IMG/VR virus record: IMGVR_UViG_3300017937_000004
Coordinates: 1-26,058 of that record
DNA: 26,058 bases
Strand: one strand, 5' to 3'
Origin: a virus
Lineage: Duplodnaviria; Caudoviricetes
This document shows positions 1 through 7,609 of the stretch, piece after piece (within the stretch, counting starts at the first letter, position 1; each line of letters begins with the position of its first letter). Under the pieces are notes generated by a model. It ran no database searches. It worked only from the letters and a program-made list of their open reading frames with translations, and was not told the origin of the DNA. Both the position numbers and the translations under genes were made by a program.

Positions 1-2
1 CC

Positions 3-1232
3 GCGCTTGAGTTCGGTGCGTTGCAGTCGAAATCGCCCTATCTCGCACCGGTTGAGGCTATCGAAGGGCTTGAGAACTATTGGTCTACGGCAAACAGCCA
101 GAATCACGCCTATTTGCCTTACAACCACATGGATGAGAATGGCAATCCCATTCCTCAGCCGCAGCGCCAGCAGCCGCCAACGTCCGCTCCGGTCTATTTG
201 GAAGGGATGCAGGCCGCAGAACATGAAATGATGATGGCCTCGGGCCAGTACGAATCGACGTTCAGCGCGCAGAGCAACGAGATTGCTGGCGTAGCCATTG
301 AGCAGCGGCAGAAGCAAGGCGAAAGGGTCACATTCCACTATCAGGATAATCTCGCCAAGGCCATCCGCTTCACTGGCAAGCAGCTTATCGACCTGATCCC
401 GAAGATTTATGACACGAAGCGCATCATCCGCATCATGGATGAGTCCGGCGAAGAGCAGGCTATCCAAATCGATCCGCGGGCCAAACAAGCATTGCAGCAA
501 GTCGAGGATCAGCAAGAGGCAAAGGTCAAGGCGATCTTCAACCCGAATGTTGGCACATATGACGTGGTCGCGAATGTCGGGCCGAACTTCGAAACACGCC
601 GCGAACGGGCGTTTGATGCTATGACGCAGCTTCTTGCGGCTCAGCCTGTTCTGGCGAGCGTTATCGGCGACCTGTACATGGGAACCGCCGACTTCCCGAG
701 CGCCGACAAGCTGCAAGAGCGGATGCGCAACTGGATCGCTTCTACCAATCCTGGCGCCCTCGAAGCCGGTCCAAGCCCGCAGATGATCCAGTTGCAGCAG
801 CAGTTGCAGCAGGCCGGCCAGTTGATTCAGCACTTGCAAACCCAGTTGCAGGACAAGACGGTTAAGGAAACCATCGAGAAACAGCGAGCAGATATGGACG
901 CGCTCAATCATCTTGCGCTGAGGATGGAGAACGAACGGCAGGACATGGTGAACGCATTCAAGGCGGAATCCGACCGTCTCAAGACGCTTGCGCCGGCACT
1001 CGATGCGACGCAATTGTCCGCGATCATCAAGAAATCGGTGGCCGAAATTCTGTCCGCGACTGATCCGGGTCAGGATTTGGACCCGGCGAGGATTGATCCG
1101 GCGAATGCATATGCTGAAGGCATCAGAAACGTACTGGCGCCGATCCCAGCGCTAGATCAATTGAACCAGCAAGATGTAAAAGATGCCGCAATCCATCAAA
1201 TGACAGGCACGCCGATACAACAACCGCAATAA
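3..1232 (+). CDS. Portal protein, P22 gp1-like (5'-truncated by window)
   Basis: Frame is open from position 3. SNEIAGVAIEQRQKQG..TFHYQDNL..AIRFTGKQLIDLIPKIYDTKRIIRI and GTYDVV..VGP.FETRR resemble P22-like portals. Gln-rich helical C-terminus; lies upstream of scaffold and coat. Confidence 0.9.
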   Translation, partial: ALEFGALQSKSPYLAPVEAIEGLENYWSTANSQNHAYLPYNHMDENGNPIPQPQRQQPPTSAPVYLEGMQAAEHEMMMASGQYESTFSAQSNEIAGVAIEQRQKQGERVTFHYQDNLAKAIRFTGKQLIDLIPKIYDTKRIIRIMDESGEEQAIQIDPRAKQALQQVEDQQEAKVKAIFNPNVGTYDVVANVGPNFETRRERAFDAMTQLLAAQPVLASVIGDLYMGTADFPSADKLQERMRNWIASTNPGALEAGPSPQMIQLQQQLQQAGQLIQHLQTQLQDKTVKETIEKQRADMDALNHLALRMENERQDMVNAFKAESDRLKTLAPALDATQLSAIIKKSVAEILSATDPGQDLDPARIDPANAYAEGIRNVLAPIPALDQLNQQDVKDAAIHQMTGTPIQQPQ

Positions 1233-1244
1233 CCGGAGAGAATC

Positions 1245-1958
1245 ATGAGCGATATTCAGGCAGATCAGAAAGAAAATACTCAAGCACCAGCGAGCGGAGA
1301 GGCGGAATCTACTCAAACTCCCGCCGCGCCCGATACGTCTTGGGTTCCCAAGCGAATCAGCGAGATCACGGCGGCACGTCGAGCAGCAGAAGCGCGTGCG
1401 GCTGAGCTTGAGGCCGAGCTACAACGCGTGCGCGCGGCTCAGGCTGCGCCGGCAGACGGCCAGCCCGCCCCCACACCAAACAACCAATCAGTCGAGCAAT
1501 TGGCCCGCGCCTATGCCGAAAAAATGGTGCGCGAGCAGACGGAAGCCCAGACGATCAATTCGCGCATCGCCGCGATCAATGAGGCCGGAGCAAAGGAATT
1601 CGGCGACGACTTCGAAAAGTCCGTGCAAAATTTACAGGTTGCTGGGGTAGGCGGCCCGGATTTCCTGCGCGTAATTACAAACATCCCGAAGGCAGAAGCG
1701 GTCGTTACGTGGCTCGGCAAGCCCGAGAACATGAACGAGGCCATGCGCATCGCTTCGATGGATCCGGTTCAGATGGGCATCGAGCTTACGAAAATGTCGA
1801 GCAAAGCAGCAAAGGAACTCGGCAAGCAGATCAGCAAAGCTCCGCCTCCGATTGAGCCGGTAGGCGGTGGCGGCGGTGGCGATACGGCTGAGCCAGACCC
1901 GAAGAACGTCAAGGAATGGATGGCTTGGCGCGCGAAGAACAAGAAGACTCGCCGTTGA
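1245..1958 (+). CDS. Capsid scaffolding protein
   Basis: Position between portal and coat; acidic N-terminus, KRISEITAARR coiled coil, SKAPPPIEPVGG linker, basic C-terminus (WMAWRAKNKKTRR); SD GGAGAG. Confidence 0.8.
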   Translation: MSDIQADQKENTQAPASGEAESTQTPAAPDTSWVPKRISEITAARRAAEARAAELEAELQRVRAAQAAPADGQPAPTPNNQSVEQLARAYAEKMVREQTEAQTINSRIAAINEAGAKEFGDDFEKSVQNLQVAGVGGPDFLRVITNIPKAEAVVTWLGKPENMNEAMRIASMDPVQMGIELTKMSSKAAKELGKQISKAPPPIEPVGGGGGGDTAEPDPKNVKEWMAWRAKNKKTRR

Positions 1959-1983
1959 TAGGTAGGCAATTTATGGTTAGAAT
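1955..1983 (+). promoter_or_regulatory. sigma70-like promoter for the HNH gene
   Basis: TTGATA (1955-1960), 17-bp spacer, TAGAAT (1978-1983). Confidence 0.65.
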
Positions 1984-2007
1984 GTTACTTTCTAACGATG
2001 AATTGCC
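1965..2007 (+). promoter_or_regulatory. 18-bp-arm hairpin just upstream of the HNH start codon
   Basis: GGCAATTTATGGTTAGAA (1965-1982) / TTCTAACGATGAATTGCC (1990-2007): 16 of 18 Watson-Crick pairs, one G-U, one mismatch, 7-nt loop. Confidence 0.75.
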
Positions 2008-2010
2008 GAT

Positions 2011-2550
2011 ATGAAAAAATGCACTTCCTGCAAGGAAGAGAAGGATTTCTCTGCTTTTTCTCGCAATCGAAAGGCCAAGGATGGCTATGGAACTTGCTGC
2101 AAGGACTGCCACCGCATTTATCAAAAACAATGGCAAGAAAAGAACCGCCACAAGTGCAGATCCTATACGGCAAGATATCGAGAAAAGGTGGGCAATGACA
2201 AGGTTCTAGAGGCGGCTCGTATATATCGAGAGGCCAACCGTCAAAAGACCCGCGATGCGGCTTTGCGATGGCAGCGCGACAATCCCGGCAAGGTAAACGC
2301 CGCGAATGCCGCGCGGTATGCGGCCAAGTTGCGTGCCACGCCAGGATGGGCCAATCTTGATGAGATAGCAAAATTCTATGAAGAAGCAGAAAGGCTTGCA
2401 AAAATTCATGGCGTTGACTACCATGTTGACCATGTGGTACCGCTCAGAAGCAAGTTAGTCTGTGGCCTGCACTGTGAAGCAAACCTTGAAGTCATCCCGG
2501 CTTTCGAGAATCGCAGCAAAGGCAATCGACGCTGGCCTGACATGCCATAG
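2011..2550 (+). CDS. Free-standing HNH (putative homing) endonuclease
   Basis: N-terminal CxxC...CxxC (KKCTSCKEEK...CCKDC); C-terminal YHVDHVVPL...GLH..ANL.VIPAFENRSKGN HNH motif; AT-richer than neighbours. Confidence 0.9.
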   Translation: MKKCTSCKEEKDFSAFSRNRKAKDGYGTCCKDCHRIYQKQWQEKNRHKCRSYTARYREKVGNDKVLEAARIYREANRQKTRDAALRWQRDNPGKVNAANAARYAAKLRATPGWANLDEIAKFYEEAERLAKIHGVDYHVDHVVPLRSKLVCGLHCEANLEVIPAFENRSKGNRRWPDMP

Positions 2551-2555
2551 CCAAT

Positions 2556-2676
2556 TAGGCCCACGAGAGCCGTGAATCTCGGGTTTAGCCCGTAAAGATA
2601 GTTCCTCTAGGGCAGGGACAAAACGCTCAAAGCATCGAGTTTTTTGAAAATTCCTGTTCACTAGGGGTGATATCTT
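2556..2676 (+). promoter_or_regulatory. Structured 5' leader of the coat gene (small hairpin plus long hairpin covering RBS and TTG start)
   Basis: Long stem 2595-2676: AAGATA/TATCTT, CCTCTAG/CTAGGGG, GGCAGGGA/TTCCTGTT, CAAAA/TTTTG, CTC/GAG. Upstream stem 2556-2587: TAGGCCC/GGGTTTA plus GAGA/TCTC. Confidence 0.6.
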
Positions 2677-3877
2677 GTCGAGTAATCTGCTTACAATCTC
2701 GATGATCACGAACGAGGCCGTTCGACTGTTCACGCAGTCGAATGCCTTCCTTCGTACCGTCAACCGTCAATACGACGACCAATTCGCGCGCACGGGTGCC
2801 AAGATTGGCAACACGTTGCGTATCCGCTTGCCGAATGATTACGTGGTCAACACCGGCCCCGCAATCACGCCGCAAGGCACGAACGAGCAGAACACGACGC
2901 TGACTGTCGCAACTCAGGCCAACGTGCCGGTTGAGTTCGGCACGGCTACGCGCACGATGAGCCTGGACGACTACAGCGAGCGCATTCTGGCGCCCGCAGT
3001 GAACCGTCTTGCGGCTTACGTCGCGAACGACCTGATGAACGTGGCCGCTGCATCGTCGAATATCGCGCCGAACTTTTCGAGCGGAACGACGCTGATTTCG
3101 CCCTCGGCCAGCACGTGGCTGTCGGCCGGCTCGATTCTGACGAACAACCTGTCGCCAGCCATGGATCGCAAGATCATCATGGACCCGCTGACGCAAGCCC
3201 GTACGGTTTCGAGCTTGGCCGGCTTGTTCAACCCGCAGCGCAAGATTTCGGATCAGTTCGAATCCGGGATGCTGACGACCGATACCCTTGGCTTCGACTG
3301 GATGTACGACCAAACGACCGCCGTTCACACGGTCGGCTCGTTCTCGGCCGGCACGGTCAACGGCGCGGGTCAAACGGGAAACACCCTGACGGTCAACGCG
3401 ATCACCGGCACGCTGAACAAGGGCGATATCATCACTTTGGCTGGCGTGAACGCGATCAACCGTCTGACGGGCCAGGATCAAGGCGTATTGCGCCAGTTCG
3501 TGGTGACGGCTAACGTCCTTAACGGCGCTACGTCGATCCCGATCTATCCGGCCATCGTTCCCGCTCCGGCTGCGTTCAACACGGTCACGGCATCGCCCGC
3601 CAATAGCGCGACGATCTCGCTCGTGATGGCCGCCAGCACCTCGTATCGCCAGAACTTGGCGTATTACCCGGAAGCCTTCACCTTGGCCACCGCGGACCTG
3701 GAAATGCCGACGCAAGGTGTTGTCGAGGCCGCGCGAGCAGAGTTTGACGGCGTTTCGATGCGGATGATTACGGCGTATGACGTGATGAGCGATAATCTTA
3801 TCACAAGAATGGATATTTTGTACGGGTATGCCGCTATTCGCCCAGAGTGGTCGGTAATTGTGCCGGATGTCTTGTGA
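2675..3877 (+). CDS. Major capsid protein, P22 coat protein (gp5) family
   Basis: N-terminal LLTISMITNEA..F...VNRQYDDQF...GAKIGNTLRIRLP and C-terminal RMDILYG...IRPEW motifs; strong codon bias; TTG start. Confidence 0.93.
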   Translation: MSSNLLTISMITNEAVRLFTQSNAFLRTVNRQYDDQFARTGAKIGNTLRIRLPNDYVVNTGPAITPQGTNEQNTTLTVATQANVPVEFGTATRTMSLDDYSERILAPAVNRLAAYVANDLMNVAAASSNIAPNFSSGTTLISPSASTWLSAGSILTNNLSPAMDRKIIMDPLTQARTVSSLAGLFNPQRKISDQFESGMLTTDTLGFDWMYDQTTAVHTVGSFSAGTVNGAGQTGNTLTVNAITGTLNKGDIITLAGVNAINRLTGQDQGVLRQFVVTANVLNGATSIPIYPAIVPAPAAFNTVTASPANSATISLVMAASTSYRQNLAYYPEAFTLATADLEMPTQGVVEAARAEFDGVSMRMITAYDVMSDNLITRMDILYGYAAIRPEWSVIVPDVL

Positions 3878-3881
3878 CCGA

Positions 3882-3910
3882 TTGAGATTTAACGGCGATT
3901 GACGTATGCT
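3882..3910 (+). promoter_or_regulatory. sigma70-like promoter for the EndoVII gene
   Basis: TTGAGA (3882-3887), 17-bp spacer, TATGCT (3905-3910). Confidence 0.6.
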
Positions 3911-3950
3911 CCTCGGTGTGTGCTACGTAAAGGCACGTCACCGAGGAGTA
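3907..3950 (+). promoter_or_regulatory. Hairpin sequestering the SD (GAGGAG 3943-3948) of the EndoVII gene
   Basis: TGCTCCTCGGTG (3907-3918) pairs with CACCGAGGAGTA (3939-3950); TGTGCT pairs with GGCACG above it. Confidence 0.8.
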
Positions 3951-3955
3951 GAAAA

Positions 3956-4654
3956 ATGAAGATTTGTTCTGTAGTTGGATGCGGCAAGGAAGCAAAGAGT
4001 AGGGGGTACTGCCAGACCCATTACATGCGCCTACATAGGCATGGAACGGTAGAAGCAGGTAGGCCGGACTGGTATGGCACAAAGGCGTCTCATCCGCTTT
4101 ATGTGACATACAAAGCGGCAAAGCAAACTGGTTTGTTGTGCGATGTATGGCTTGGCGATTTCTGGAGGTTCGTTGAGGATGTTTCTCCGGTCCCAGAAGG
4201 AAATTTCAGGCTTAGAAGAAAAGACAAGGGCTTGCCATACAGCAAAGAGAACTGCGAATGGCGCGCCACGGCGATAGAGCGAAGGGATGGAGAAACTGAC
4301 GCTCAGTTCGCAACGCGACGCAAGAAGATCTACTCTCCATCGACGCCGGAAAAGATTCGCCATAAGGGATTGAAACAGAACCATGGCATTTCGCTTGAGC
4401 AGTACAACGCGATGCACGAGGCCCAAGGGGGTGTTTGTGCAATATGCGGGCGCCCTGAAACGAAGACTGGAGGCGCCAACAGAAGTCTGATGGCTTTAGC
4501 CGTAGATCATTGCCACAAGACGCGCCAATCGGGCAAGTCGAACGGCATCAGAGGTTTGTTGTGCTCAGCCTGCAACATCGGGTTAGGCAAGTTTGATGAC
4601 GATGCGGATCTTCTTCGCAAGGCTGCGGCCTATGTGGAGAAGTATCGCGAATAG
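3956..4654 (+). CDS. Endonuclease VII-family (putative homing) endonuclease with N-terminal Zn finger
   Basis: Start moved to ATG 3956 on SD GAGGAG. CSVVGC...GYCQTHY Zn finger; QGGVCAICG...LAVDHCH...IRGLLCSACNIGLG...LLRKAAAY EndoVII motif. Confidence 0.88.
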   Translation: MKICSVVGCGKEAKSRGYCQTHYMRLHRHGTVEAGRPDWYGTKASHPLYVTYKAAKQTGLLCDVWLGDFWRFVEDVSPVPEGNFRLRRKDKGLPYSKENCEWRATAIERRDGETDAQFATRRKKIYSPSTPEKIRHKGLKQNHGISLEQYNAMHEAQGGVCAICGRPETKTGGANRSLMALAVDHCHKTRQSGKSNGIRGLLCSACNIGLGKFDDDADLLRKAAAYVEKYRE

Positions 4655-4677
4655 GATTCCTCCTCCGGCGAGTGTTG

Positions 4678-4709
4678 GGGCCGGGTGTTCACTCCCCGGC
4701 CCATTTTTT
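4678..4709 (+). terminator. Rho-independent terminator (probably the original post-capsid terminator)
   Basis: GGGCCGGG / CCCGGCCC stem followed by ATTTTTT. Confidence 0.8.
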
Positions 4710-4719
4710 GGGGTAACAA

Positions 4720-5016
4720 ATGGCTCTGATTGCTCGGTTCGAGACGAACTCGGTCAACATGCGAAATTTTGAGTCGGAGTACGTCTATCGCGAGTATCCC
4801 AAGTGGGTAAAGCTCGCGGACGGAACCGACATTCTCGTTAAGAACGAGGATGAAGAAGCGGCGGCGGTTAGCGAATCGACGGTCGAGGCCGGGTACGACA
4901 ATCTGCGCGACGCGCTCATGCAAGAGGCCAAAGCATTAGGTCTGAACCCGCATCACCGGACGGGAGCGGACAAGCTCCGCGAGATGGTCGAGGCGGCTCG
5001 TAAATCGTCCCTCTAG
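4720..5016 (+). CDS. Hypothetical head-module protein with HeH/Rho-N-like C-terminus
   Basis: EYPKW motif; C-terminal DALMQEAKALGL..HHRTGADKLREMV helix-extension-helix pattern. Confidence 0.55.
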   Translation: MALIARFETNSVNMRNFESEYVYREYPKWVKLADGTDILVKNEDEEAAAVSESTVEAGYDNLRDALMQEAKALGLNPHHRTGADKLREMVEAARKSSL

Positions 5017-5027
5017 GAGTTTCCCTC

Positions 5028-5429
5028 GTGAAAAAGGTTCTTCTCTCTCTGCTCGCTTTCGTGAGCATCATCTGTTCGCTTCCTGCTCATGCTCAGTTCA
5101 ACCCGAGCAATGGCTTCCAGACCATCAGCAATCAGTGCGGTACGTACTTCCTGCAAGGGACCACGTACTACAACGCGCAAGGCACGTCGCTTGGCTCGAC
5201 GTTGCCCGTCTGCGTGCCCTCGGTGACGGTGCAGAACGCGAGTGCTCTCATCTACATCCCGGCCAAGTACACGAATGCGACCCTTCCGGCTTGTAGTTCG
5301 GCTACATCCGGCATGGTGGCAATCGAGACGGATGGCGCTTCATCGCCGACGTACAACGCCACGGCGAGCGGTGGTGGGTCGGTCGTGCTGACGGTTGTTT
5401 GCAACGGCACTAACTGGACGAATCACTGA
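5028..5429 (+). CDS. Exported Thr/Ser-rich protein with Sec signal peptide, fibre-like C-terminus
   Basis: MKKVLLSLLAFVSIICSLPAHA|Q signal; 4 Cys in mature part; ends GGGSVVLTVVCNGTNW; SD AGGAG, GTG start. Confidence 0.7.
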   Translation: MKKVLLSLLAFVSIICSLPAHAQFNPSNGFQTISNQCGTYFLQGTTYYNAQGTSLGSTLPVCVPSVTVQNASALIYIPAKYTNATLPACSSATSGMVAIETDGASSPTYNATASGGGSVVLTVVCNGTNWTNH

Positions 5430-5441
5430 TTCGAGGCTGAA

Positions 5442-6188
5442 ATGACCGTACCTGTCCCGACGACCCCGCGCGACATTATCACGCTCGCCCTTAAAACGGC
5501 GAACGTGGTGGGCGTCGGGCAGGTGGCCTCAGCAGAAGACATCAACGATTCGTTCAATCTGCTGAACATGCTGATGGCGCAGCTTCAACGGCGCCGGTAC
5601 TTCGTCTACCAGCTCATCACGACCGGTCTTGTTGCGACCGGAGCGCAGTCATATACGGTTGGCCCGGGCGGGAACTTCAGCATTCCCCGCCCCGCAAAGA
5701 TCGAATCGGCATTCTTCCGGCAGTTGTTCAACAACGTCCAACCGGTCGATTACCAACTTGAAATCCTTCGATCAACCGAAGATTATAATCGCATATCGCT
5801 CAAGTCGCTGAACGCGTTCCCTCGCTATGCGTTCTATGACATGGCATATCCGATTGGGAATCTTTTCGTCTGGCCGCTTCCGAGCAACCAGTATGAGATC
5901 TTCATTACGACGATGCTGCAATTGCAGCAGTTCACGAACGTCGGAGATACGCTGGCGCTCCCGCCTGAGTACTCGGCGGCGCTCATGTGGAATCTGACGC
6001 TTGAGCTTTACCCGTTCTATGGGCTTCCAGTCAACCCGGTTGTCGAAAAGAAAGCCGAAGCATCCCTTCGCATCATCGAGGAATCGAACGTCGCCATCCC
6101 GCAGTTGCAAGTGCCGCCGGCTTTGAGGAATAACAGGGGCTCGACCTATAACATCTATGGCGATTATATGATCGGTAGCTCGCCATGA
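5442..6188 (+). CDS. Head-to-tail adaptor (P22 gp4-like)
   Basis: TPRDIITLALK..NVVGVGQ..SAEDIND....LN.LMAQ N-terminus and LPPEYSAALMWNL.LEL.P.YG motif; synteny. Confidence 0.8.
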   Translation: MTVPVPTTPRDIITLALKTANVVGVGQVASAEDINDSFNLLNMLMAQLQRRRYFVYQLITTGLVATGAQSYTVGPGGNFSIPRPAKIESAFFRQLFNNVQPVDYQLEILRSTEDYNRISLKSLNAFPRYAFYDMAYPIGNLFVWPLPSNQYEIFITTMLQLQQFTNVGDTLALPPEYSAALMWNLTLELYPFYGLPVNPVVEKKAEASLRIIEESNVAIPQLQVPPALRNNRGSTYNIYGDYMIGSSP

Positions 6189-7609
6189 AGATGCCCCTTA
6201 CGACCGGGGCTTATCAGGCGAAATCGCTCGTCGCAGAGGCGCAGCGCTGCATCAATCTTTACGCCGAGAAAAATCCTCCCGACTCTCCGTTTCCCTTCAC
6301 GTATTACCCGACGCCTGGGCTGACGACGCTTGCCACGGCGACGCCTACGACTGGTCTTGGCTGGCGCGGATTGTATTGGGCCTCGAATGATGCCTTGTAT
6401 GGCGTCTGCGGCTCGTCCGTGTACGCGATCAGCTCGACATGGGCATTGACGCACCTGGGCGATATTGCTTCGCAATCTGGTCAAGTGGCAATGATCGACA
6501 ACGGAACGTATCTCGTGATCGTTGACGGGTCATCGCAGGGATGGACGGTTCAGCTTTCAAATAATGCGTTTGCATCGCTCGTTTCGACGGGATTCGTAGG
6601 GGGCGACACCGTTCAGTTCATGGACGGGTATTTGATCCTGAACTCTCCCGGTACGAATGAATGGTACATTTCGGTTGTCAACCAAATCACGTTTGACGCG
6701 TTGTTTTTCGCTTCGAAGTCGGGCTTCTCGGACAAATTGGTAGGCGTGGGCGTGACAAAGCGCTACGTCTATCTGTTCGGCCAGCAAACGACCGAAGTCT
6801 GGTTCGATGCTGGCGATACCCCGTTCCCGTTTGATCGCCTTCCGGGCGTCTTCATGCAGTACGGCATCACATCGGTCAATTCCCTAGCACAGATGGACGG
6901 CGACCTGTATTGGCTTGCTCAATCTCCGCAGGGGAATGCGATTGTCTGTCGCTCGCAGCAGTTCAATGCGGCGCATATCTCGACGTTCGCGCTTGATGCG
7001 GAGATGCAGACGTATTCCGACCTCGACCAAGCCATCGGCTTTACGTATCAGATCGAAGGGCATTTCTTCTATGTGCTGACGTTCCCAGCAAGTGATGTGA
7101 CGTGGCAATTTGATTTGAGCAATCAGCAGTGGAATCAGCTCGCTTGGGTCGATAACAACGGCATCTTGCATCGCCACCGGGCGAATTGCTATGCATTGGC
7201 TTATGGTCAGCCGATCGTGGGAGATTGGGAAAACGGCAATCTGTACCTGTGGGACCAGAACGCTTACACCGATGCAGGTCAGCCTATCGCGCGGATTCGC
7301 TCCTTCCCGCATGGCGTAGATGATGCGTCGGATCGGATTCATTACCAGGAATTCATTGCCAACATGGAAGTCGGCAACGGCGCTGGGAATGTCCCGGTCC
7401 CCGTCTTTCTGCGTTGGAGCGATACCCGAGGACAGTCGTGGGGCAACCCGGTTCAGCGATCTCTTGGTCTTGAAGGCGAGTATGTGAAGTCGGTCCAGTG
7501 GCGACGCCTTGGCATGGCCCGAGATCGTGTGTTCGAAATTTCGTGGTCCGCACCTTGCAGGACTGCTCTGTTGGGGGCCTGGGTTGACGCTCAGTCGAAC
7601 AACCAATGA
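6185..7609 (+). CDS. Tail hub / packaged DNA stabilization protein (P22 gp10-like)
   Basis: 474 aa, beta-rich; QRCINLY..., YLFGQQTTEVW, LRWSD..GQSWGN...LGLEGEY...VQWRRLGMARDRVF motifs. Confidence 0.9.
   Translation: MKMPLTTGAYQAKSLVAEAQRCINLYAEKNPPDSPFPFTYYPTPGLTTLATATPTTGLGWRGLYWASNDALYGVCGSSVYAISSTWALTHLGDIASQSGQVAMIDNGTYLVIVDGSSQGWTVQLSNNAFASLVSTGFVGGDTVQFMDGYLILNSPGTNEWYISVVNQITFDALFFASKSGFSDKLVGVGVTKRYVYLFGQQTTEVWFDAGDTPFPFDRLPGVFMQYGITSVNSLAQMDGDLYWLAQSPQGNAIVCRSQQFNAAHISTFALDAEMQTYSDLDQAIGFTYQIEGHFFYVLTFPASDVTWQFDLSNQQWNQLAWVDNNGILHRHRANCYALAYGQPIVGDWENGNLYLWDQNAYTDAGQPIARIRSFPHGVDDASDRIHYQEFIANMEVGNGAGNVPVPVFLRWSDTRGQSWGNPVQRSLGLEGEYVKSVQWRRLGMARDRVFEISWSAPCRTALLGAWVDAQSNNQ

Noticed and set aside
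1959-2674. Group I intron carrying the HNH gene
   Set aside because: Scaffold and coat ORFs both look complete, and I could not identify P/Q/R/S core elements; the gene appears free-standing.
2627-3715. 362-aa minus-strand ORF
   Set aside because: Antisense shadow of the strongly codon-biased coat gene; Arg-rich with no motif.
3899-3955. Track start (TTG 3899) for the EndoVII gene
   Set aside because: This stretch is the promoter and hairpin; the SD supports ATG 3956.
5028-5075. Lipoprotein (spanin-like) signal at Cys16
   Set aside because: SIIC does not fit the lipobox consensus; the AHA signal peptidase I site fits better.
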